From an uncultured Rickettsiales bacterium (lineage in GTDB: Bacteria > Pseudomonadota > Alphaproteobacteria > Rickettsiales > SXRF01), in contig CAZFKP010000015.1 of NCBI GenBank assembly GCA_964518725.1, forward strand, positions 1,450 through 65,449: DNA of 64,000 nucleotides, given 5' to 3'. A program made the translations under genes and the position numbers. This document shows, piece by piece, positions 52,203-61,035 of this stretch (position 1 is its first letter; the number at the start of each line of letters is the position of its first letter). The notes beneath the pieces are model-generated. The model ran no database searches. It saw nothing but the letters and a program-made list of their open reading frames with translations, and was not told the origin of the DNA.

Positions 52203-53273
52203 ATGGCTGAGGGCGAAGACCAGGATCAGAAGACAGAGGAACCAACCTCCCGAAAACTTCAGGAAGCCTTTGAAAAAGGTAATGTACCGGTCTCGAAGGA
52301 AGTTGGCAGTTTCCTGATGTTATTTTTGCTGGCGATGATTGTCGCATCATATGCACCGGGCATCCTGAATGAAACCCGCAACATGCTCATCTCATTTATC
52401 CGCAACGCCGATAATATTCCCGTGGATAAAATGGGTGTCAGCGCCATATTTCGCCAGCTCTCCCTGAACTCAATTGCGATTCTTACCGTGCCGCTCCTCG
52501 GATCAGTCATTGTCGCGCTTGCTGCCGGGTTATTGCAAAACGGCATTGTGATTTCCGCCGAGAGTATCAAGCCGAAGCTGAGCAAAATCTCACCACTTGC
52601 CGGGCTAAAACGTATTTTCTCAATGCGTACCGTGGTTGAATTCATCAAAAACATTACCAAAATCACCATCGTCGGAATTGTGGCATTCATGGCGGTTTAC
52701 CCGGAGTTACACCAGATTCAAACCTTGCCGGGCGATAGCGGCGAGGCCATTTTACTTTTCCTCGCCAAGCTTGCCACACGACTAACGGTTGGCGTTGCGA
52801 TAGCGATGTTTTTTATTGCCCTGTTCGACCTGGTATACCAACGGCTGCACCACACGAAATCACTGCGTATGAGCAAGCAGGAAATCAAAGATGAATACAA
52901 GCAAAGCGAGGGCGATCCGGTTATCAAGCAGCGCTTGCGGCAATTGCGGCAGGAAAAAGCCAAACAACGGATGATGTCGGAAGTGCCGAAATCGGATGTC
53001 GTAATCACCAACCCAACCCACTTCGCCATCGCCCTCATCTATCGACCGATGGAACATAAAGCGCCGATTGTCGTTGCCAAGGGGCAGGATTTAATTGCCC
53101 TCAAAATTAAGGAGATTGCGGAAGAAAATGACGTGCCGGTGGTGCAGAACCCACCGCTTGCCCGCGCCCTCTTCTCCTCCACCGAAATTGACGATGAAAT
53201 CCCCCTCATCCATTATGAGGCCGTGGCTAAAATCATCTCCTACGTCTACCAGCTCAAGGGGCGCCGTTTGTGA
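52203..53273 (+). CDS. flhB: Flagellar export apparatus switch protein FlhB
   Basis: 356 aa with the N-terminal DQKTEEPTSRKLQEAFEKGNVP, the MSKQEIKDEYKQSEGDP region and the NPTH autocleavage site (VITNPTHFAIAL). Confidence 0.93.
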   Translation: MAEGEDQDQKTEEPTSRKLQEAFEKGNVPVSKEVGSFLMLFLLAMIVASYAPGILNETRNMLISFIRNADNIPVDKMGVSAIFRQLSLNSIAILTVPLLGSVIVALAAGLLQNGIVISAESIKPKLSKISPLAGLKRIFSMRTVVEFIKNITKITIVGIVAFMAVYPELHQIQTLPGDSGEAILLFLAKLATRLTVGVAIAMFFIALFDLVYQRLHHTKSLRMSKQEIKDEYKQSEGDPVIKQRLRQLRQEKAKQRMMSEVPKSDVVITNPTHFAIALIYRPMEHKAPIVVAKGQDLIALKIKEIAEENDVPVVQNPPLARALFSSTEIDDEIPLIHYEAVAKIISYVYQLKGRRL

Positions 53274-53431
53274 CACACTGTCACACAAAATTTAACATTA
53301 TGAAATATAATGATATTTATTTGAGCCATTCTGTGAAGCAGGTGATGTTGCTGTCATAGAATCTTCATACTTCCCAAGTAATAAGCATGCTATATTAGTG
53401 ACATGGTAATGATGGCTTGGAAAGGCTTGTT

Positions 53432-55630
53432 ATGGTAAGAGAGACAGCGGATTGGCACAAGAACAAAGGCTTGGGCGGCGAAAATTTTGGCACACAGGCT
53501 CGCGAACAAGCCGATAGGCTGATGGGCAAAGCCGACCCGCGCCGCGACCCGCAACAGGCTCAAGCAAGCCTGCCTGCTGAATCGCTTGGCAATCTTGGGT
53601 TCCTATCGCCATCCGCCCCCGCTTCCGCACCAACACGGCTTCCGGAAACAATTATCGATAAAAGTAATCTCGCCCTGTTGAGTGCGGTAGAGCACCAACG
53701 TCAGCAGGCAAAAATATTTTCCCAAGGCAAATATGCCTGGGCATCGGAATTCTTTGGGGAAGGTGAAAGCCTGCCCAGAAGCAATGATTTAAAATCAATT
53801 GACCTTGCCGGTGCAGAAGAGCTGAGAATTTTTTCCGGATTACCAATTCAAAGCGAGAACGATGGTGACGTCAAGCAGTGGATGGCCTATGGAACGGATA
53901 AGCTCCTCACTAGCACAAACGATCTCGTTAGGAATATTGAGGACAAACAAAAACGCGAAGGCGGCGCGCAATATGACGCCATTCTTGGAGAAGCAAGAAA
54001 AGCTGCTGAGGCCGCAAGCAAACTTGAGCGTGAAAGGCTTAGAATCGAAACAGAATACCAAAGAAGTTTAGACGGTCTTGCCACGCGGTCAGAAGAGGCA
54101 GAATGGAACACCCTAGAGCTATCGCTAGATGAACAGGAAAAGGCTAGAGAAAGGCTCAATCAAGAAAGACGTGAATTAAACGAACGCTACCGCGCTGATA
54201 TGTATGCGCTGCTCGACCAGGCGCGCGATGCTACGCAAAATTATAAGGTTGCCGAAGCAAAAAGAAACCTGGCGGATGCAGAATTGACCGGTGATGTCGA
54301 TAAAATTGCGGATGCCCAGTATGCGCTGCGCCAACAGGTCGAGATGCGTAACTTGACTAAGGATGCAGGAACGAGTGCCGCAGCTGACTCCAAGAACGCG
54401 GCTCAGTATCAGGCCGATATCAAAGCTGGCGAGGCAGCACGTCAGGCGCTTCGTGCACAAAAAATAGACGAGTTTGTTGCCGGTGTCACACCACAAATCC
54501 AAGAAGAATATAAACAAAAAATCTCGGCGGCCAGATTAAAATTCAGTACCAGCCCCGATCAGGCGGATGAAGCAGTCAAAGACCTTGAACAACAACGCAA
54601 CGCGCTTTTAAAGCGCTTGGCAGACAAGGGAAAAGATGAACAGCTTGCCAGCCAGATGGAATTCATCACCGAACGGCTCAATAATAACGAACCTCCCCTG
54701 TCTGAGGCCGGCATTAAAGACGCCCGCAGCCGCATGATTGTCGCTGCCGCAGAATACAAAGGCGATTCACGCGATTTTGCGAGCCACTTCTTTTCCAATG
54801 ATCTGGATCTCGCTGCCACCATGGCGCCGGTAAAAATCGGTGGGTTGCAGGGCACCCTTATCACTAGGGATAAAAATGGCGATAAAAATGCCGGGATGGT
54901 TAGCATCAATCCGAAGGATGTTGCTGAAATTAAAATTGTTGGCCAGGGTGAGAATGCTTACGTGGAAGTTATGACCAGAGGAGGTCGAGGCAACTTCATC
55001 CGCGTCACGGGTAGCGCGGCGGAGAAAATGATTAAAAATGGCCTTGATCTTTCCGATACGACCGGTGCGGTACTGGTCACCGTCGATATGAGCACAGGCA
55101 TAGGCTATGAAGGGCGCAAACTTGTACTGCTCGGAACGAATGGGCACGACATTCGCCTGAATTCAAGCGGTGGAATACAATTAGGTACACTTGATGTCAA
55201 TCCCGAAGGCAGGGCGAATATGTTTGCCGCTGTCCAGTCGGTAGGAGACAGCGACCCGAGCATTGCCGAACGTGCCGGCAGGAGCATGCTTAATGCCCGT
55301 ATCGCCGCTGCCAAAAAACAACACAGCTCCGGAAAGTACATGATGGCGCGGCTGGACGTTGATAATGACGGCCGCCTATCTGGCGATGAGCTGGCGCTGC
55401 TAGATGCGAACGGCGACAACCAACTTGATAAGCGCGAGCTTGCCGCAATCTCAGGAGCACTCTCTGGGATACAGGGGGCGGGATTAAAACAGCTTCAGGA
55501 TCTCAACAAGGGAACCCTGACGGCAATTGATATTGCTACGCTTGGCGATGTCATGTTGCCAAGTGCACGCGGCAAGCCAGACCAGCAGCTTGCCCAGAAC
55601 AACGTGTCACCAGTCAGACCCCGCAGATAG
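53432..55630 (+). CDS. Large coiled-coil protein with a C-terminal EF-hand pair (uncharacterised)
   Basis: About 732 aa; the ATG is at 53432 and the ORF opens at 53417. It has long E/K/R/A/Q-rich helical stretches. Two canonical 12-residue Ca-binding loops, DVDNDGRLSGDE and DANGDNQLDKRE, lie at nt 55355-55438. Confidence 0.6.
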   Translation: MVRETADWHKNKGLGGENFGTQAREQADRLMGKADPRRDPQQAQASLPAESLGNLGFLSPSAPASAPTRLPETIIDKSNLALLSAVEHQRQQAKIFSQGKYAWASEFFGEGESLPRSNDLKSIDLAGAEELRIFSGLPIQSENDGDVKQWMAYGTDKLLTSTNDLVRNIEDKQKREGGAQYDAILGEARKAAEAASKLERERLRIETEYQRSLDGLATRSEEAEWNTLELSLDEQEKARERLNQERRELNERYRADMYALLDQARDATQNYKVAEAKRNLADAELTGDVDKIADAQYALRQQVEMRNLTKDAGTSAAADSKNAAQYQADIKAGEAARQALRAQKIDEFVAGVTPQIQEEYKQKISAARLKFSTSPDQADEAVKDLEQQRNALLKRLADKGKDEQLASQMEFITERLNNNEPPLSEAGIKDARSRMIVAAAEYKGDSRDFASHFFSNDLDLAATMAPVKIGGLQGTLITRDKNGDKNAGMVSINPKDVAEIKIVGQGENAYVEVMTRGGRGNFIRVTGSAAEKMIKNGLDLSDTTGAVLVTVDMSTGIGYEGRKLVLLGTNGHDIRLNSSGGIQLGTLDVNPEGRANMFAAVQSVGDSDPSIAERAGRSMLNARIAAAKKQHSSGKYMMARLDVDNDGRLSGDELALLDANGDNQLDKRELAAISGALSGIQGAGLKQLQDLNKGTLTAIDIATLGDVMLPSARGKPDQQLAQNNVSPVRPRR

Positions 55631-55687
55631 CGACAAGATAGAGAAAAAACAGTTGTCTATCCGCTATTAATTCCCTACACAGGGAGT

Positions 55688-56710
55688 ATGGCTATTCGTT
55701 ACAGCGACATGGGAATTGATGCAATCGGCGCACGGGACTTTGTTGCCCGCCAGCGCACGCCTACTATGGCTCAATTGGTAATCATCATCCTCAGTGCATT
55801 CCTAATCGGGGCAAGCCTCGTTGTCTCAGTACACAACATATTGGCGCTTCTTACCACTCTGTTTGCCTTGTTCGCCGCCATCGGCTGGTACGTCATCTAC
55901 CAGCTCATGCGTTACCGCGACATGCTACTGGTTACGGAATTCCAGAATGCCCTGTTTGCATCTGCCATGGGACTGCATAATAAATTTTGCCTGATCATTA
56001 AACGCGACGGTTCGATTATCTATCTCGATCGCTCATTCCAGAATTTATTTCCGGATTTTGCAAAGCAGCCCGTCCGCAATCTTGATGTGTTACTTAAACA
56101 CGGCAAAGTAGAGAAAGTAGATATTGATCGAGTGCAGGGCGCCATTGAACACGGCACCTATGAGAAGGTCGTCTTTAACATTACCGATGCCCAGGGCATC
56201 ATCCACAATGTTATCTTGTCCGTGGAGCCGATCATGCGCCCGTCCGGCTTTACCATGCTGCGTGGCCGTGAGTTCGTTGAAGAACGTAGCGTTAACAACA
56301 TCACCGCTAACGGGAATAATGTTTTCAGTAAATCCTCTATGACGCTTTTTTCCCATATCATCGAGAGCCTCAAAATGGGTGTATATATCAGCTCTCCAAC
56401 GGGCGTGATTGTTTATTGCAATCCGCTGCTTGAAGAATGGCTGGGCTATGGCGAGGGTGAGATCGTTTCCCGGAATTTAAGTATCAACAATCTGATTCCT
56501 GTCGGCAGGAATGATAACATGTCTACCGAACCGGTGGATGTAGAAGGTTCTGTGCAAATGGAACGCAAAGTTGGTGGGTTTATCAAAGCATTCTTAAACC
56601 AGCGCGTTATCTATAGTGATACGGGTAAACTTATTGGCTGCACGGCAGTCGTGCACCTGTATCACGACGAAGCTGACAAAAACCTCGATGTAAAAAAAAA
56701 GACCTTCTGA
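55688..56710 (+). CDS. cckA: CckA-like sensor module (2 TM helices plus two PAS-like domains), upstream half of a split kinase gene
   Basis: 340 aa with TM helices LVIIILSAFLIGASLVVSV and LLTTLFALFAAIGWYVIY, followed by two PAS-like blocks. It ends ...DKNLDVKKKTF* right after an A9 run. Confidence 0.65.
   Translation: MAIRYSDMGIDAIGARDFVARQRTPTMAQLVIIILSAFLIGASLVVSVHNILALLTTLFALFAAIGWYVIYQLMRYRDMLLVTEFQNALFASAMGLHNKFCLIIKRDGSIIYLDRSFQNLFPDFAKQPVRNLDVLLKHGKVEKVDIDRVQGAIEHGTYEKVVFNITDAQGIIHNVILSVEPIMRPSGFTMLRGREFVEERSVNNITANGNNVFSKSSMTLFSHIIESLKMGVYISSPTGVIVYCNPLLEEWLGYGEGEIVSRNLSINNLIPVGRNDNMSTEPVDVEGSVQMERKVGGFIKAFLNQRVIYSDTGKLIGCTAVVHLYHDEADKNLDVKKKTF
56692..56700 (+). other. A9 homopolymer at the junction of the two CckA-like ORFs (candidate frameshift or slippage site)
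   Basis: The sequence gatgtAAAAAAAAAgacc was counted directly. The downstream ORF frame is open back to 56677 and lies at -1 relative to the upstream ORF. Confidence 0.8.
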
Positions 56711-56718
56711 AGCAACCG

Positions 56719-58278
56719 ATGACGAACAGTTCTAGCAGTTCTGAAAATATCCTCGACCAATTCATCGCGTTGTCGCCCATTCCCATGGCCTTGTTAGATA
56801 AAAAAGGCACCCTCCTGTTTGGCAACCATGCATTCCATGCGCTGACGCAGCGTACGCTGACCAATGCTTTGCCCATTTATTTTGAAACACTATTTACTCC
56901 GGACAAACAGGAAGAAATGCGTGCACGTATCGCACAATTCAGCCAAGGGCATATCACCAACGAACCGGTGATACTCGAGCTAACCCTTCCCAACCGCGGA
57001 GAGATGATTATATCTTGCTATGCAAGTGAATTCAGCGAATCGCATATTCTTCTTCACCTGATCAATATCACGGAGCAGAAACACCTCGAACTGCGTTTTG
57101 CCCATTCACAAAAAATGCAGGCAGTGGGTCAGCTGGCCGGTGGCGTTGCTCACGACTTTAATAACCTTCTGACGGCAATGATTGGTTTCTGCGACCTGCT
57201 GCTCATGCGTCACCCAGCGGGAGACCAGTCGTTTGCCGATATCATGCAAATCAAGCAGAATGCTAACCGTGCGGCCAACCTTGTGCGTCAGCTACTGGCT
57301 TTCTCACGCCGGCAAACGCTGCAACCCAAAGTCGTCGACCTTACCGACGTGCTTGCGGAAATTTCTAACCTCGTGCGGCGGTTGATCGGCGAAAATATTG
57401 AACTAAAGATGTTTCATGGCCGCGATATCAGCAATATACGCGCCGATCAGGGGCAACTCGAACAGGTGCTGATTAACCTTGCGGTCAATGCCCGTGATGC
57501 GATGAAAGGTGGCGGTACACTGACTATCCGCACCTCGGAACGTGTGATTGACAAGCAGCACCGGCTTACAGCGGATATGATTGCACCGTCTGATGAAGAT
57601 AACGAACTTCCGGTAGGACGTTATGTGCTGGTAGAAGTCATCGATACGGGATGTGGCATTCCGCAGCACATTATCCAGAAAATATTCGAACCGTTCTTTT
57701 CTACCAAAGAAATCGGTTCCGGCACCGGCCTCGGGCTTTCCACGGTCTATGGCATTATCAAGCAAACTGGCGGCTATTTATTTGTGTCCAGTAAGGAACA
57801 AGCCGGCACTACCTTCAGCCTCTTTTTCCCGGCAGTCGCCACCGAAGAAGTCGCTGCCGAGAAAGCCAGCGAACGTGAAGCGGCACAGCGCGAAACCCAT
57901 CAGGATCTCACCGGAAACTGTACAATCTTGCTGGTGGAAGACGAAATGCCGGTACGCACGTTTGCAGCGCGGGCACTCGCCAACAAGGGCTATAAGATTA
58001 TCGAGGCCGATTGCGCCGAGACTGCGTTGGAATTGATGCAGGAACATGGCAACCTAGTGGAGATGATCGTAACCGACGTTATCATGCCTGGCATGACAGG
58101 TCCTGCCATGATTGAGAAAATCATGCCGAACTTCCCCAACATCAAGGTTATTTTCATGTCCGGCTACGCCGAAGAGGCCTTTGTGGATAATTACGGGGCA
58201 GACCGTGATTTCAATTTTCTTGCCAAACCGTTCACACTCAAGCAATTAGCTGGAAAAGTGAAAGAAGTGCTGGGATAA
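56719..58278 (+). CDS. cckA: CckA-like hybrid histidine kinase (PAS, HisKA, HATPase_c, REC), downstream half
   Basis: 519 aa with the H-box GGVAHDFNNLLTAMIGFCDLLL, ...IMQIKQNANRAANLVRQLLAFSRRQTL..., the N-box LINLAVNARDAM, G-boxes DTGCGI and GTGLGLS, and a receiver domain ILLVEDE...DVIMPGMTG...KP. Confidence 0.85.
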   Translation: MTNSSSSSENILDQFIALSPIPMALLDKKGTLLFGNHAFHALTQRTLTNALPIYFETLFTPDKQEEMRARIAQFSQGHITNEPVILELTLPNRGEMIISCYASEFSESHILLHLINITEQKHLELRFAHSQKMQAVGQLAGGVAHDFNNLLTAMIGFCDLLLMRHPAGDQSFADIMQIKQNANRAANLVRQLLAFSRRQTLQPKVVDLTDVLAEISNLVRRLIGENIELKMFHGRDISNIRADQGQLEQVLINLAVNARDAMKGGGTLTIRTSERVIDKQHRLTADMIAPSDEDNELPVGRYVLVEVIDTGCGIPQHIIQKIFEPFFSTKEIGSGTGLGLSTVYGIIKQTGGYLFVSSKEQAGTTFSLFFPAVATEEVAAEKASEREAAQRETHQDLTGNCTILLVEDEMPVRTFAARALANKGYKIIEADCAETALELMQEHGNLVEMIVTDVIMPGMTGPAMIEKIMPNFPNIKVIFMSGYAEEAFVDNYGADRDFNFLAKPFTLKQLAGKVKEVLG

Positions 58279-58373
58279 ACCACACGGCATTCGTTTAAAA
58301 GTTTACCTGCATTTTATATAAATCATTCAGATAGTTAATCGATGATTTATGCCTTATTGTTACAATTGTACTC

Positions 58374-58847
58374 ATGCAACACAAGCCAACGATTATTCTG
58401 CTATCGTTGCTCTATTTAGTAATGGAGATGGAAGTGGCATGGTCGCAGACCACACGCTCGCCCCAGCCGATTGAAAATTTTACCCGCAGTATTTCAGAAT
58501 ATTACCAGGCGCTCAGAAAATGCCAGAACGCCAGCGATAACCCTGCCAATATCGAAGCCGACATTAAGCGCATTCAGGAATATATGGCGAAGCTTTACCG
58601 TGAAGGCATACCTTATTGGGCACTGCCCGAACCAAATAAATTAAGTGATGATGAAAATGCCTGCAATTACTTGTTGTACCAAAGCGTCATACGCTACCAG
58701 CAGGCACGCAATGAATACGCACGGCAATATCCACGGGCAGTAATGCCGCCGAACTTTACCATCAAGCCACCCAGAAATTACCAGCCATCCAAAGAGCGTA
58801 TCTACAATGCCGATGATACTGTCCGGGATGTCGAATTTTCATGGTGA
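58374..58847 (+). CDS. Hypothetical secreted protein
   Basis: 157 aa with an N-terminal signal-like segment (PTIILLSLLYLVMEMEVAWSQ). I recognise no family. Confidence 0.45.
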   Translation: MQHKPTIILLSLLYLVMEMEVAWSQTTRSPQPIENFTRSISEYYQALRKCQNASDNPANIEADIKRIQEYMAKLYREGIPYWALPEPNKLSDDENACNYLLYQSVIRYQQARNEYARQYPRAVMPPNFTIKPPRNYQPSKERIYNADDTVRDVEFSW

Positions 58848-58888
58848 TTTTATCTTGATCCCTTCATGGTAGCGATTACCATGAAGAA

Positions 58889-59542
58889 ATGTCATGGCTG
58901 GAACCTGTCGACCAATATTGTGAACGGCTGGATGCATCGTGGTTCTCCGAACCGCTGAACGCAGCAAGCAATCTGGCATTCTTGATTGCCGCATGGCTGC
59001 TTTATCGTCTGTACCATACGGCTCCGAAGCCTAATCCGGCATTTCCGCTAGTGATTCTAATTGCCGTAGTCGGCGTTGGAAGCACGCTGTTCCATGTATT
59101 CGCCAATAAGCTGACGATGCTTGCCGACGTCCTACCCATCGCGATGTTCGTATTTATGTATCTCTGGCTGGTGCTGCGTTACCTGGCAGGATGCAGTAGA
59201 TTGCAATCCGCCATGTGCCTTGCCGGCTTTGTCATACTGGCGATCGCCGCTGAAAACATCCCCACCCCTTACCGTCTGAACGGCTCAGTATCCTACGCGC
59301 CATGCTTACTGTCTTTGCTATTGCTGGCGGCTTACCTGCGCCACCGTAACCGCAATGCCTCCCGTCTGTTGCTGGTGGCGGCAATGATTTTCGCCATATC
59401 TCTGACTTTCCGCAGCATCGATATGGTGCTCTGCGATGCCGTGCCATCCGGAACCCACATTTTATGGCATCTACTGAACGGAATCGTACTTTATTTGCTC
59501 GGCAAAGCCGCGATGTTCCACGCCCGCAAACCATCGAAATAG
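58889..59542 (+). CDS. Ceramidase-family (alkaline ceramidase/CREST-like) membrane protein
   Basis: 217 aa with 6-7 TM helices. The N-terminus EPVDQYCERLDASWFSEPLNAASNLAFLIAA resembles the ceramidase-family pattern (DxCE...aEp.Nt.SNl.F). Conserved His residues lie in later helices (TLFHVF, ILWHLLN). Confidence 0.55.
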   Translation: MSWLEPVDQYCERLDASWFSEPLNAASNLAFLIAAWLLYRLYHTAPKPNPAFPLVILIAVVGVGSTLFHVFANKLTMLADVLPIAMFVFMYLWLVLRYLAGCSRLQSAMCLAGFVILAIAAENIPTPYRLNGSVSYAPCLLSLLLLAAYLRHRNRNASRLLLVAAMIFAISLTFRSIDMVLCDAVPSGTHILWHLLNGIVLYLLGKAAMFHARKPSK

Positions 59543-59602
59543 CCATTGCATGGCGTGGTAAAACGTGTAAATCTTTGGCAAATCATTTTCATGGGGGATG
59601 CA

Positions 59603-60637
59603 ATGGATAAGAATAAAGCACTTGAAACCGCACTCAGCCAAATCGAAAAAGCCTTCGGTAAAGGCTCGATCATGAAGCTCGGTGACACCGCGAACGCCGA
59701 AGCCATGGAAGCCATCTCCACCGGCTCGCTGGGGCTGGATATTGCGCTCGGCATCGGTGGGTTGCCGAAAGGCCGCGTCGTGGAAATTTACGGCCCGGAA
59801 TCGTCGGGTAAAACCACCCTCACCCTGCATGTCATCGCCGAATGCCAGAAAAAAGGTGGCACCTGCGCCTTCATCGACGCCGAACACGCGCTCGACCCGG
59901 TCTATGCCAAAAAACTCGGTGTGAATATCGACAACCTCCTCATTTCACAACCCGATACCGGCGAGCAGGCGCTCGAAATCACCGATACACTGGTTCGCTC
60001 AGGCGCTATCGACCTGATCGTGGTCGATTCCGTGGCCGCGCTCGTGCCGAAAGCCGAGATTGACGGCGAGATGGGCGATTCCCACATGGGCCTGCAAGCG
60101 CGCCTCATGTCGCAGGCACTCCGCAAGCTCACCGGCAGCATTTCGCGCACCAACTGCACCATCATTTTCATCAACCAGATCCGCATGAAAATCGGTGTGA
60201 TGTTCGGCAACCCGGAGACCACCACCGGCGGCAATGCACTGAAATTCTATGCTTCCGTGCGCCTCGACATCCGCCGCACCGGCAGCATCAAGGATAAGGA
60301 AGAAGTCGTCGGCAACACCACCAAAGTGAAAGTCGTGAAAAACAAAGTGGCGCCCCCCTTCCGCCAGGTGGAATTCGATATCATGTATGGCGAAGGCATT
60401 TCCAAGGTCGGCGAACTCATCGACCTCGGCGTGAAAGCCAATATCGTCGAAAAATCCGGCAGCTGGTTCTCTTACGGCAGCGACCGCATCGGCCAGGGCA
60501 AGGAAAACGCCAAGCAATATTTGAAAGACAACCCAACGGTGGCCGCTGACCTTGAGAAAAAGATCCGCGACAATGCCGGCGCCATCAGCAATGCGCTGAA
60601 AGGCGAGGAAAAAGAAGTGGCGGAGGATGCGGCGTAA
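59603..60637 (+). CDS. recA: Recombinase RecA
   Basis: [28 protein letters not shown]..., Walker [10 protein letters not shown], ...IDAEHALDP.... The ORF opens at 59546, and 59591 is an alternative ATG. Confidence 0.97.
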   Translation: MDKNKALETALSQIEKAFGKGSIMKLGDTANAEAMEAISTGSLGLDIALGIGGLPKGRVVEIYGPESSGKTTLTLHVIAECQKKGGTCAFIDAEHALDPVYAKKLGVNIDNLLISQPDTGEQALEITDTLVRSGAIDLIVVDSVAALVPKAEIDGEMGDSHMGLQARLMSQALRKLTGSISRTNCTIIFINQIRMKIGVMFGNPETTTGGNALKFYASVRLDIRRTGSIKDKEEVVGNTTKVKVVKNKVAPPFRQVEFDIMYGEGISKVGELIDLGVKANIVEKSGSWFSYGSDRIGQGKENAKQYLKDNPTVAADLEKKIRDNAGAISNALKGEEKEVAEDAA

Positions 60638-60640
60638 ATA

Positions 60641-60726
60641 TAGTCATTGGTCGTTAGTCGTTGGTCTTTGGTGATTTTTTACCAATAACTACCGACTGCC
60701 GACCAAAGACTAAAGACCAGAGACTA
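60641..60726. repeat. Imperfect 86-bp palindrome with heptad-periodic arms downstream of recA (probable terminator)
   Basis: Left arm tagtcat-tggtcgt-tagtcgt-tggtctt-tggtgat; right arm accaata-actaccg-actgccg-accaaag-actaaag-accagag-acta. The best core stem is gtctttggt (60664-60672) with accaaagac (60702-60710). A T6 run lies at the centre. Confidence 0.5.
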
Positions 60727-60728
60727 GT

Positions 60729-61025
60729 ATGCAATTCCTCCTCACCGCCTACGATGCCACCGATCCCGATGCCCTAAACCGCCGGATGGCGAATCGTGAA
60801 GCGCATCTGGCTACCATCGAGCGTTACCGCGCCTCCGGCAATATGCATATGGGCGCGGCAATTTGTGATGAGGCGGGAAAAATGATCGGCTCCTGCATCG
60901 TCTGTGAATTTCCAAGCCGTGCAGAACTGGACGCATGGCTGGCCGCCGAACCTTATGTGGCGGGAAAAGTGTGGGATAAAGTCACCATCACCGAATGTAA
61001 AATCGGGCCAAGCTTTTTGAAATAG
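60729..61025 (+). CDS. YciI-family protein
   Basis: 98 aa: MQFLLTAYDATDPDALNRRMANREAHLATIERYRASGNMHMGAAI...FPSRAELDAWLAAEPYVAGKVWDKVTI matches the YciI-like pattern. Confidence 0.75.
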   Translation: MQFLLTAYDATDPDALNRRMANREAHLATIERYRASGNMHMGAAICDEAGKMIGSCIVCEFPSRAELDAWLAAEPYVAGKVWDKVTITECKIGPSFLK

Positions 61026-61035
61026 TGCGAGCAGC

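Noticed and set aside
53269-53285. Palindrome TGTGACA-cac-TGTCACA overlapping the flhB stop codon
   Set aside because: It is real in the sequence but short (7-bp arms), has no T-run and is a single copy. It is noted in the finding on the downstream ORF rather than called as a terminator or operator.
59400-59602. Search for an alphaproteobacterial SOS box (GTTC-N7-GTTC or GAAC-N7-GAAC) upstream of recA
   Set aside because: There is no full match. Only isolated GAAC and GTTC tetramers occur, with the wrong spacing.
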